NCBI GenBank assembly: GCA_002245135.1
Contig: NGBS01000611.1
Location: 1 to 64,000, forward strand
Reading direction: 5' to 3'
DNA: 64,000 nucleotides
DNA from: Proteromonas lacertae
Lineage: Eukaryota
A program made the translations under genes and the position numbers. The notes under the pieces are model-generated. The model was not told the origin of the DNA. It saw only the letters and a program-made list of their open reading frames with translations, and searched no databases. Positions within the stretch are counted from its first letter, which is position 1. Every line of letters starts with the position of its first letter. Shown piece by piece: positions 12,391 to 24,874 of this stretch.

Positions 12391-13213
12391 GTTAACTATT
12401 AAATCCTTTAAAATACATCTCTATTCAATAAATATTAACAAATAACAAAAAATACTCTCAAATAGTTTAAATTAATCTCTATTAAATCAACTACTTGTTG
12501 CAATGATGTTATATCTGTTATTTTATTAATCATTTCCTTGAATAAATTCTCATCTTTTATCTCAATATTTGCTATAATCACTGCTTTACCTATGTTTGTA
12601 CTGATTCTAATTAAATTCTGTATTTCTTCATAAGATAATGAATTTTTATAATTAATGAATAATAAATAAGCAGAATGTTGTACTTCTGGAGGTTCATTGT
12701 ATATGAGAAAATCACAACCTGTAGCTAATCCAGTTTTTGGATATCTAGTAAATATAACAATATTTCAAATATATTATTATACAATTTCATTTTCTTCAAG
12801 TGATTATAAACTGCATATCTTAAAATAAATGGGATTTGGTTATTTACATAATTAGAAGAAAATAACTTCCATAAATCAATGAATGATACAATATCATTGT
12901 TTTTATAGCAGACTTGGATTAAATTTTGAGCAAGAAGATGGATTGTTTCTTCATGTGACAGCTATTGATTAAAATAATAACCATACAATCAAATATTCAT
13001 CACTAGATGATATATATTCTGGTTTGCCTTTTGAATAACTACCTCTACCAAAACTACCTAAATTATATACCTATATACCAATATATTCGATAATATACTT
13101 TATTATATGTGTCTTTATCAAAGACATACACTACTGAATCTATTAATATTGTTGTTAGCATGATATTCTTTAATTACACATCCAATGTCATTTTGACATT
13201 GAATTACACTCAT
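12388..13213 (-). CDS. tRNA-splicing endonuclease catalytic subunit, Sen2-like (multi-exon; start uncertain)
   Basis: Manual translation across tiny introns gives VYNLGSFGRGSYSKGKPE and RYAVYNHLKKM...YPKTGLATGCDFLIYNEPPEVQHSAY...LIRISTNIGK, matching the Sen2/EndA catalytic motifs. Confidence 0.75.
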
Positions 13214-13321
13214 TTTATTTTTTCTTAATTTCTGAATGATATTCTCATGTTAGAATAGAACAAACACTTAAAATAAAAAAGACGATGTTATGATTTATAA
13301 AATATTAAATCAATAAACTTA

Positions 13322-14880
13322 TTACAGTTTATTGTCTTTAATTATTTTACTTCTGTAATCTTCAATATTATCAATTGTCAATTTTACAAGCATCCTATGA
13401 GTCAATTTTTTCTTAGTGAAAGGACAAATATTCTTCGGTTCTTTCATTAATACTTTCAACCAAGACTGATAATCCATGACATGTCCATATGGTGAAATTG
13501 CAGGTTGTACCATAGCTGTACAAGTAACAGGATCAATCATATCAGGTAAAAGGTTTATATTTTCATTTGTATCTATATTGTAAGAGTCTGTATTGTTTTT
13601 ATCATCATTTTCATCTTCTTCACTAAGATATAGTTCTGTATCTCCAGCTCTAGTGGTTCTTCTTCTCTGCCTGTTTTTCTTTGGCTTTGGAGTTCCAGCT
13701 TCACCATCTTTATCTTTTTCTTGAGAATGAAATTTGAATTTCAATTTACCATTTTCAAAGTAATAATTCTTATCCTCTATCTCTCCTTTCTGTATTAATG
13801 CTCTATAATAGTTACTGCATTGATATCCTACTCTTCCTGGTATATTCATTGAGAAAGTTCCCCATTCATAATTAACACCTCTCTGTTTGATATTGTTCAT
13901 AAATGTTCGTTTCTCTTCTTCTGTCCATGGTCCTGTTGCTTGTGGAATGCCTGGATCATTGAATCTATAATAATATGCATTTGGATTCTTATCTTTGTTG
14001 TTATACGCTCTAATTCTAGCATCACTCCATCCCAACTGTCTTAATTCTTGACTATTATAACGTTTCACTGTTTTTGGTAAATTGATCTTCTTTTTTCCAC
14101 CTTTCTTTGGTTGAATATTAGTAACAGCTGATTCTTCTGTATTCTCACTTTTAACTTCTGCAGAATCTACATTCTTTTCACTTACTGGTGAAGAAGACGA
14201 AGAATTAGTTTTGTCATCAGCATTTTGTTGTGAAAACATATTATCTTTATGTTCAAATACTCGATGAGTACTATCTAATTCTTCTAACTTTGATAAAGCT
14301 TCATTTAATGTCAATCTTGGAACTGTCCTTCGTTTCTTGTGTGCACTATTATCTGAATCATATTCATAGTCTGCCTCATTGGTTTTATCTTGAGGCTTTT
14401 TTGCTTTCTTTCTTCGTATGTGATAAGCTGGACAATCATAATCATCATCATCACTTTGTTCATTTGAGACATATTCTTCATCTTTTAGTACTGGTACTCG
14501 AGCTCTGGTTATTTGTGGAGGTTGCTGGTTTTCTTGTTCTACCTTTTCTCCTTTATATTTCTCTTCACACTGTTCTCTGAAATCCTTTTCATTTCCTAAC
14601 CGTTCTAATGCCTTGAATTCATCCCCTTCGGATAATTTAATAGCTATTTTTGCAACCTCGTCCGGTATGTCAGGATATGTATTTTTAATTGTTTCAATCT
14701 GTATATAAATAAAAACAATAATACCTGATCTTCAATATGTTTTTGAGCAAAACATTGAAACTCTGCTTGAAGGCCTTTTAAAGTTGATTGTATCATATTC
14801 TATGTAATTCGATTGAATAAATATACCTTCTGCTCTTCTGATAAACCTGCTAATTCTTCGGAGTCTAGCAGCGAAGTCAT
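13322..14880 (-). CDS. Myb/SANT-domain + U-box protein with N-terminal CUE/UBA-like region
   Basis: Myb-like GPWTEEEKRTF...WGTFSMNIPGRVGYQCSNYY; U-box DPVTCTAMVQPAISPYGHV...CPFTKKKL. Two short 5' introns extend the ORF to ATG 14880. Confidence 0.7.
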
Positions 14881-15242
14881 TTCTTAGAAATGAAATTTTA
14901 TTATGAATTGGCGCGAAAATGAAAATGAAAAACGAATATATTTTTATGAACATGTCCATGATCTGATCATAAAATTTGCGGTTTCAAAAATTTCAAAATT
15001 CAATTGATTTATTCGTTTCACTGTTTATCAATAGTTTTTCAACTTACAAAAATTAATCCTTATTTTTTAATATAATTCAGAGCTTATTTTTCATCGATCC
15101 TAAGGTATTTATAGTTCTTATATTTTTATCTATTGTATCTACCGTTCTTGTATTAAACCAGCTGCTGTTTCTTTTTCCATCGAAACTCAAACTCGAAATT
15201 TCATATCTAATAAAGATCATTATATTTATTTGCTATAGACTA

Positions 15243-15801
15243 ATGAAACAACCAAGTGAATGCACTAATATCTCAAACAAAAGAAGAAAAACTACTCCAA
15301 AGAGGTAATCTTATTTATTTGTAATATGTAATAGGAGTATTATGCCTTCTGAACCTATAAAACATATATTAAAATTGGTGCTGTTGACTCCTGAGACTGA
15401 AGAAAAAGAAATTAAGAAATCTAGCCCTCCCTCACCAGATACTGTCAATGAGATAGTACAACACAAACACAGACCTGTATACTCCTATGACAAGAAGAAG
15501 AAGGGACTTGTATACTCATTTTATAATGATTTTAATTAGATTTGTATTTCCTGTTCTGTACGAAAGACTCCTCGTTGGCACAAATTGCAATTTTTCAATC
15601 AGGACGTGGTATATTAACTATATATTTATATTCTGTCTTTAGTCATTATGTAATGCTTGTGGTATTAGATTCAAAAAGTATGGTAAAATATGTGAGTCTT
15701 GCTACTACGTCTTGAGAAAAGAAGAACAGTCTTTAACTTATTGTCCATTTTGTCAATGTACAATTAACCAGCCTAGTGAGGATGAAGATGATAAGTTATA
15801 A
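15243..15801 (+). CDS. GATA-type zinc-finger transcription factor with a second C4 cluster
   Basis: Spliced translation gives CISCSVRKTPRWH...LCNACGIRFKKYGKICESCYY...CPFC. Three short introns; start uncertain. Confidence 0.8.
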
Positions 15802-16118
15802 TTTCTTTTATTTATACATATATATAATAATAATATTTATTATTAACAATGTAGATATAACATATGTTAATATATTATCTATTAATATAAATACTGTCTA
15901 TTGGGATTTTATATTTTGAATTATCCACTGGAATAGTTTGATTATATAATACTGAGTTATATTCAAATAAAATAAATATGAATTGATAATAATTGATGTT
16001 TTACAGTGAATTGCTGATTACAAAAATTTTTTAAATTTTTGAAACTGAAACACAAGCCCATTTTTAATCAAGCCGATTTTAAATCGTTTTTCTCTATATT
16101 TTTTAATTTGTAATTAAA

Positions 16119-19100
16119 ATGTGTTATAAGTTATGTTGTTTATTTGTGTTGTTTATAATTATGTATGTAGATATATCATTCATTTAACCCTGTAGATCTT
16201 TTTTCTCTGTATCGTTAGCTGAAGGGAGTTACAACACTCCAAATACCAACAAAGGTGCTGGCTATTATGACAGTAGTATAAAAGAACTGAAATATATCAA
16301 TGACGTGATGTATTTATTTAAAGAGACTAACACAAATATTGTTGAGATAAAGTCATGTAAAAAGGATGAATCAATAATAAAATTGTCAAATTTTACTGTT
16401 AAACTTCTTGATGCTTCAAATTGCAGAATTGAAGAGAAGCAAATAGAGTTAGATGTAATTAACTCATTTTATAAAACGTATAATATTTCATTTATTACAT
16501 TTTTAGAATTAGTCTTATTAAACTATATTCAACTGACGATATTTATGGCATTAAGATAGAATCACCTTGTAAATTGATATGTATATTAATTGATATATTA
16601 TACTGTATATAGACGAAAGTACATTTGACGAATCAATGGGTTGTGATGATAAAAGAGGAATAGAATTAACAAAATTTGACACATCTAAAGAAATATCTGC
16701 TTATAACAATAAAATCCTATTCACAAGTCAAATTGAAAATAAAAACGTTATGATATATAAACAAATCACAGATATTAGCAAAATTCACTCAAAATCACCT
16801 AAATCAGTTATATCAAGTGGTGATAATTTAGAACCATCTTGGTATTTGATTGTATCTCCATTAAAACCACACAATTCAACTCATATTATCTCATCAATTG
16901 AAATTCAAAGCAATAACAACAACAACATAATATACAATATTCACTATTCAAATATTATTTTCAATTCTGTAAGTAAAGATATGATATTAAGTAGTTATAA
17001 TACAGTGAAATATGATATTTATATTAATATTAAAGATAATTACAGCTTTGATAAGAAATATTGTTTTAGAATAAAGAGTAATAATGGTGATAATGAAGAT
17101 TTAATACATTGTTATAATATTACAGAATCAAGTATAAATATATATATTATCATTATTATATTGAAATAGTTTGTCAAGCAAAATACAGTAAATTTATACC
17201 AAATGAATCATGTAATGATTTCAAAAGAATTATTAAAGTTATACCTTCTTATCCAGATATATGTAATAATAATAATAACAATAATAATAGAATAGAAATA
17301 GAATGTGATAATCTGGAGTAATAATTCAACAATAACAACATTAACAATTATCTTATATCTATTCATCATATTTTCAATGATTACATTGTCATTATTTATG
17401 ATATATTTCTCATTACATATCAGATATTTATTCAGTCAATTTATTATTTTCAATTTCATTGGATTGTTGTTATATTCTATTACATTTATATTTGGATTTT
17501 TTAGTTCTTCTAAACAAGGATGTTATGGATATATGTATGGTACAAATATTGGTGAAGTCATTATTATTCTATATACTAGCATGCTTAGTCAAATATAATA
17601 TTAAAGTATAAATATATATATGTTTTATTTATATTTATATATATAGAAAAGTACATGTAAAGGAATTATATCCTATAATAAATGGAAAATACAATTAATA
17701 TCGTATTTCATACCATTATTGCTATGTCAAATCTTATTAATTGTTTTATCAACTCCATTTTATCAGACTCATCATGTCAATTATGATAATATAACAGTTT
17801 ATTCTTATAGTAACTGTTTTCTGGTAGATAATGACAATGAATCATATAAAAGAATTATCCCATCTGTTATCCACTTTTCGTTAATGTTTTATATTGTTTT
17901 TGGTTCAATTTATTCGTTAATGTTTGGAAATGAATCAACAACAAGATCAATGAAAATTGGATCTTTGTTTAATATTCTCTATGGAATTATATATATTACA
18001 TTTAGTATTATATACATGGTAAATGGTGAATCTACAATGAAAGATAGGTTTTTGTTCGTTTATATTCCATTCTTTATTTACATTTTCTTATTTTTAGTAT
18101 GTTCTGTTTCATTGTTATTAATGAATAAAGATCAGAAATATATTATCATTTCAAGTATGTTAGGTGATCCAGTTTATAAGTTATATATTGAATTATATAT
18201 GAAAAGTATCAAGGAAGACTCTTACCTACATTTTTTTGATACTATGAATAAAATGTTTAGTCAAAAGATAGTAGATTCAACAACAACATTACCAATACAA
18301 AGTATTTATTCAACCTATTTTGATAAAAATGGAATTAAAAAGATTGAAATAGATGAAAAAATAAAAGATGAATTAGATAAGAATATGACATTAAATCCAA
18401 CAACATATGCCATATTTAGACCAGCTTATATTTATGTTGAGAATTATATCCAAAATAATATTATACCTTCATATTTACAAACTGCTTATAGTCAAACTGC
18501 AGAATCAATAGCAGAATGGTTGAGTGATTTTGATCTATTGCCATATGAAGGAAAAACAGTTGTAAAATATAAAATCCAATTATTACATCCAAATAATGAT
18601 AGAATGTTAATTGACAGAGTTGCTAGTTTAAAGAATAATAATAGTAACAGATTTATAAAGATCGCTAGTAATAGAATATATCCACAACAATCGAACAATT
18701 CAATGAGTAATCATTATATGTCTGTATTTAATCAAAATATGACAATATCTGTAGAACAACAATCTAATAGATTTTCAGATGCTAGAACTAGTGCATTAGC
18801 TAAGAAAGAATCAATTGGTAAGAATAACAAAGTGAAGGGATGTATAGTTGATGTTACTAATAAAAATGTTGAAGTAATGACATCTGATGATATATCAAAA
18901 CATATAACAAGAGGAAGTGCATTGGAGATAAATAGTCAAGATATTAATGTTATTGCACCTTGGAACAATCAAGAAATGGTAAAGAAACAAAACACAATCG
19001 ATTTAAGTAAACAAGATGTGAATGAGATAGCTCCTTGGAATAATCAAGAAATGGTAAAGAAACAAAACACAATCGATTTAAGTAAACAAGATGTAAATGA

Positions 19101-19359
19101 GATAGCTCCTTGGAATAATCAAGAAATGGTGAAGAAACAAAACACAATCGATTTAAGTAAACAAGATGTAAATGAGATAGCTCCTTGGAATAATCAAGAA
19201 ATGGTGAAGAAACAAAACACAATCGATTTAAGTAAACAAGATAAATGAGATAGCTCCTTGAATAATCAAGAAATGGTGAAGAAACAAAACACAATCGATT
19301 TAAGTAAACAAGATGTAAATGAGATAGCTCCTTGGAACAATCAGAAACTTCCATCGTAA
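16119..19359 (+). CDS. 7TM receptor (class C-like) with N-terminal ectodomain, fused RGS domain and C-terminal 25-aa repeats
   Basis: Signal peptide MCYKLCCLFVLFIIISFFSVSLA (after an intron); about 7 hydrophobic segments at 17330-18120; RGS motif MLGDPVYKLYIELYMKSIKEDSYLHFF...IYSTYFDKNG..KIEID...IFRPAY..V...IQNNIIPSYL. As written the ORF stops at 19248; it ends at 19359 if two small deletions in the last repeat are errors. Confidence 0.75.
18937..19345 (+). repeat. Coding tandem repeat, 75-bp unit, about 5.4 copies (APWNNQEMVKKQNTIDLSKQDVNEI)
   Basis: TGGAA(C/T)AATC recurs at 18961, 19036, 19111 and 19186. The next unit is 3 nt shorter because of 2-nt and 1-nt deletions. Confidence 0.95.
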
Positions 19360-19499
19360 TTTAAAACATATATATTCATTTTTCCTTTATTAATAATATA
19401 TATCTTTTTGTTAAGTGTTTTTGATTAACTATAACAAACAAAACATGAGCTAAGCTATAAATTATTTAAATTAGTTATTTTCTAATATTGTCTGTTCTA

Positions 19500-20585
19500 A
19501 AGGATTAGGAGGAGTCTATATGTAATATATATTCTCTATTAATACGATTTGTTTTACTCTAGTCAAATGTATATATACTAAAACTGGAAATATTTCTGTA
19601 AAAATAATGATTATTTTATCCCACAAAAACTTTTCTATACACTTTGAATCAGTAAAAAAACATAAACTAAAAAAGATAATATACATACACAATATACTCA
19701 AATCTACTTCTTCCTTTTGAAAAATTGATTGTTTTCACACTTGAATCACATAAATTAAATGTAAAGATTATCAATGTTGTGTATAAAGTCACTCTTAACT
19801 ATATTCATAATAATATATATATATATATAAAATAATAATAATACTCTATTTACGATCTTTTTAATCTTTGGATCTCTCACATTAGTCATTGAAATAATAG
19901 TTATAACCTATTCATAAAATATAATAATAATAATCATACTGGTCTTACATAATAATTATAAACAATTATATATATTAAATTAATCAATAAAAATGAGATT
20001 TCTATGATGAAATTCACTGTTCCATATCCTGTACCCACTGCAAAGAATGAAGCAATTAATATTACAAAGAAAAACTATTTTTATAATAGAAATATAATTA
20101 TACTCCAACTCCAATTGTTTCAAAGATATTCTGAAGTGAAACAGGAACACATCCTTTACAGTAGTTGTATATTACAATCAAATAATATAATAAATATAAG
20201 TAACTATACATATAATAATAAATAAGAGAAGTAAATACAAAAATAGAAAAATCATTTCTGGTAAAGATGTAATAAAATCATATATTTCTATTGTGTCTAT
20301 CCTAAATATGTAATTTTCAAAACATAAACTATTCAAATAATGTCATATAAAGTATACCAAACATTTCGAGTTAATAAAGATATCAATATAATTCCATAAA
20401 ACTTCAGACGCGTTGATAATACTCTGTTATATCTAAAATAATAGAACTTACTTATACTTATGTGAAATACGAAAATCTCTTATAATTATAACTATCAGGA
20501 GGATATCAACAACAGTAAACAAAGCTATATCCACCATCAACATCGTATATGACTCTCCTGAGATATATTTGGACTTAGATATCAT
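19500..20585 (-). CDS. Multi-pass membrane protein, possibly TOM1/THH1/GPR137-like (exon structure partly uncertain)
   Basis: Hydrophobic exons separated by tiny introns: KFYGIILISLLTRNV, LPEMIFLFLYLLLLF, IFTEIFPVLVYI. Confidence 0.4.
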
Positions 20586-20647
20586 TTTATTCATCTTTTT
20601 AAAACTCAAACTTTTTTAAAGCTTGAAAGTTCTTTTGCTTTTAACTC

Positions 20648-21474
20648 ATGACTAAAGGAAGTGAACACAACAGTGATGATGAAATTCAGTTTGTTGAACC
20701 TAAATCAACATATAGTCCATATTTAAATCTCTATATTGTATTGATTGTAGTAATAATTGCAATGCTGACGTATTAAGATTAAAATAATTGTTATTTTATT
20801 AGATATTATATATTCCTATGTCAATCAGAGAAAAAGAGTATTATAGAACAACATCCTTTGTTAAATATACAAATACCTACAAAGGAAGAACAATTGAAAC
20901 TTGCAGTACTATGGAGTAAATCTAGTATAATTATATGCAAAAATATATGAAATATAGTTACAAACATATACATTTCACCAACTGAAAAGATAAGAATTCA
21001 ACACTTGCCATCTCAACCCAAAATTATTCGTAATTTTCCAGATTTCTTCTATTCAGGAGTATCTTATGGAATTACAGGTTGGAATCCAATGGGCAGAAAA
21101 GTTGATGATAATGATAATATAAAAGCAAATTTAGAAATGAGAAAAGAACTTGATAAATTACATCCATCTATATTATTAGGAAGTTACAGTGAAGATCCTG
21201 AAGGTAGTTGGCGAGAAGTATCATATAATATAATTGCTAATATACATAGGATGGATTTTTTATTCATTTTAATCATTTTTCTGAAGAAATTGAGAATAAA
21301 GTGAAGATGATAGGTAGATTATATGGTCAAGCAGCGATATATAAATGGTATAATCATATTTGGGGTAAAAGTGAGAATATAAAAGCTCATTCAACAATAA
21401 TTCAAGAAACAGTTCCATGTAGTGGTGGTTTACAATATGTGAAATATTCAGGTCGTTTATTTGTAATTGAATAA
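20648..21474 (+). CDS. Membrane-anchored DUF3293-like protein
   Basis: N-terminal TM, then YGITGWNPMG....NIKAN...EDPEGSWRE|DGF...IGRLYGQAAIYKW, which matches the bacterial DUF3293 pattern. Three introns. Confidence 0.6.
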
Positions 21475-21562
21475 ATTATTATTATTATTTCTACTAAATC
21501 TCATATAAAGACAAATAAAAAAAAACATATGTAAACTATATATTATATTTATCAAATGTAAT

Positions 21563-24160
21563 TTACTTGGAAGAAATAGCAGCTTGTCTTCTTTGTTGAG
21601 CTTTCAATACTATTTCTTCATTCTTCTTTTCAGCTGCTTTGTTTGTACTTGTCGAAATCTTTCCATTGTTTTGATCAATTATTAAAGGTCTTGTCCAAGC
21701 ATCTCCAGCTTTAGGTTTTTGATTCTTAAAATCTCTAAAACATTCTACCCATCTCTTAGCTGTTTCTATACTATTTTCACCTTCTACTTTCATCACAATC
21801 TTTCTCTCTTTATCACCTGCTTCAAATGCTTTGATTGAAGAATCTCGAACTTTCAATATCAATGTAAATTCATTACTTCCATCTTTATATTCAATTCCAT
21901 TATAACAATCTAATGGAATACTTTGTTTCTCATCAATATATACTTTTCCATAATAACTAGGAACCATTGAATCATAGATTCTCAATACAGCTGGTTCAAA
22001 ATATAATACACAATATCTTCGCTGCCATTTTCCAACTAATCGATCTCGACCACTCTTTAATAAATAACCTTCCATTATTACTTCATAACTAAATGGTTTA
22101 TAAATATCATCATCACTTATCTCATTCTCTTGTTTTATCTTTTCGATTGGAATTACTGTTTCCATTATCTTTTCACTCTTTTCTAAATCTTTCTTGTTAG
22201 TTTTACTTCCACCATTACTTGATAATGATACTACTAATATGGCTACGATTATTCCGATTATTAATACAGCTCCAATACATATTATTAATATCACCCACCA
22301 ATATTCTTCTGCCCAAGGCTTGGAATCTTCTGGAGAATGATCTACTTCATCACCAACTTGTGTTGTAGGTGTGAAATAATCCTCAGATTTTTTAACACCA
22401 TTCTCATTTGCTGAGATAGTAATTTCTTTAACAACTTTTTTAACTACATCTTCTTCAATTACTGTCTGTAATGCTGATTGTATTTCAGGTGGTAATCCTA
22501 TTGGTATTACAATTTCTTCAGGATTTCCAGTATTTTCACTTGGTGCTATTACTGATAAAAGAACATTACCAAATAAAATTGGATCAACTTGATTATTACC
22601 ATCCTTTCCATTTAAAATGTCATTCCAATTTATACCTCCTTCTAACAATCTTCCTTCAAGAGTTGGAAAATCTGGAGCTGTTCCATTTTCAATATATGTT
22701 AAAATGAATCTTATTTTATGATCATTTTCATCATTACCATTTGTTTTATCCTCATATTTATATGGACTAGTATTAAATATTACATTCATGTTTTCTGTAA
22801 AATTATTTTTAAATTCACTAAAACTACCACTACCATCAAATTCAAATGAAAATGCACCTTGAATTTTTGTACAATATTCTCCTTTATATTTTCTTTCACA
22901 ACATAACCCTTGAGGATCTACAGATTTTGGACTATTACATTCTTTATCATGACTAACAAGTATTTTAAACTTATGATTAATATGGTAAATACTATCAGAA
23001 ACACTAACAGTTACATCATCAACACCTTCTTCTTTATTAGTGTTGTAATTAAACTGTAAATCTTTCCATTCAAATGTAGTTGAATTTGAAATTGGTACAA
23101 CTTCTTTTTCATAACCATCTTGAGTAATATTATAACTTCTTGGATTAGTATCATTGAAATTTAATGTTACATCTTTCCTGTACTGCTTTAATTGATCCTC
23201 ATTTTCATAACCAGATATTGTTGGATATTTTAAAGCCAATGTTACATTGAATGGAGTAGATATATTAACAATTACTGGAACTTTTGATAAGATTGTATTT
23301 ATGCCATTTGGTTTATATTCAACAATTGATATAGAAAATGATGAACTTCCTTCTTTATATCCAGTAGCATTACATTTTATAGTACATTTCACATTATTTA
23401 ATTCTACATCTGTTTTAACAGTGACATTATTTTCTATACTATACGTAATATTTGGATTATTTTCATCACAACTAAAATCATAATAGTTAATATCTATTCC
23501 ATTTTCATTTAATTTAGTTGGATTTATTGTTTTAGTTTGACTTCCTACAATAAATTTATATGTAGGATATTGAAACGGACATTTTAATACTTCTTTTTCT
23601 GGTGTTGTTCCAGTTACAGTTTCTGTTGGTTGTGGTGTTGTCGCTGCTGGTTCATCTGTCTCACCACTACCACCTTCATCTTCTGGAGTTGTTGTTACAT
23701 CAGGTTTAGTTGTTCCTTCTGCTGTTGTAGCTTCGTATTTTGTTGTACCTGTGAATTCTTCACCATCATCACCATCTCCTTTTGGTGTTGTTGGACCTGT
23801 TGATCCTTCTTCTGACTTTTGAGTTGTTGTTACTTCAGGTGTTGTTTTTACTGAACCTTCTCCACCATCTTCACCAGTTGGTGTACCTTCTTCCATTTCT
23901 CTTTCTTCATCTAAGTTCATTCGCTTCTTTATTATCAAATCTTCTCCATCATTGTTGGAATTACTATTATTATTATAAAGATTCAAACTTATACTCATTC
24001 ATCTTTCCAGATAAACCATCTCTAAATCCACTTACTAACTTAGACTTCTTTTCTTTACTTAAATCACTTAAACCACTCACACTCACTAAAATCAATGCAA
24101 ACATGCATACTATTAAATTAAACAAACTAATATACCATAGTAAATGTTTAATTTACTCAT
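21563..24160 (-). CDS. Type I surface protein with cytoplasmic PH domain (copy 2; +1 frameshift near 23978)
   Basis: ATG at 24160 and a 26-nt intron at 24110-24135. One extra A relative to copy 3 (ttataaagattc vs ttataagattc) disconnects the signal peptide. TM+PH region is nearly identical to copies 1 and 3. Confidence 0.8.
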
Positions 24161-24874
24161 TATTCAATGAAATAGAGAATGAAATTTAAAATCACTCAAC
24201 TGCTGTGTAATGATTGGTTTAAATCTTATGAAACGGCTCTTTTCAAAATAAAATAGAATTTTCATTTTTCATTCGTTTTACATTATTTCTGTGTAATCTA
24301 CACAAAAATGATAAATAATTAATTTAAATTGAATGTCTGGAATATTATTTACAATTATCTATTCTTTTTACTTCATCTGAATTTCATCAACTATTACCGT
24401 ATTACTTATATTTGTTTATTTGAAAGTAAATATGTAATATGTAATAGCAATTAAGGTGAAAAGAGAAGTTTCTTCTTTGATTTCACTTAATCAACTACTA
24501 TTTAATCAACTCCTGTAAATAATCAACTGGATTGTTCTATTAATAGAATAAACCATCCTTCCATTTCCTTAACTCCAAATTTTCAAATTAACATCGTTTA
24601 AATCAACAAATTAAATAAACACATTATATTAATTATGAATATGCTTTTATCTTTCATTTTCTCTCCATATCATATCTCTAATCTCTTTTTCAATAATCAC
24701 ACATCGTTTAACCATTACGAATTTCATTTAGATTGTACAGTATTATATAACCATGGTAATAACTTCGTTTCAACTGGTTAATTCTTCTTATTTTTGAATT
24801 TCATTTTCAAAAATTCAAACTTGTTTGTTTCAATTTAAATTTAAAAACTGTTTTACTCTTGATTAAGAAGTTTA

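Noticed and set aside
18937..19345. CRISPR-like array
   Set aside because: The 75-bp units are head-to-tail with no unique spacers, are in frame within a eukaryotic CDS, and no cas genes are present.
20155..20215. Possible third non-canonical intron in the multi-pass membrane gene
   Set aside because: The frame needs an interruption here, but there is no clear U12 5' consensus; a longer GT-AG intron or an indel fits equally well.
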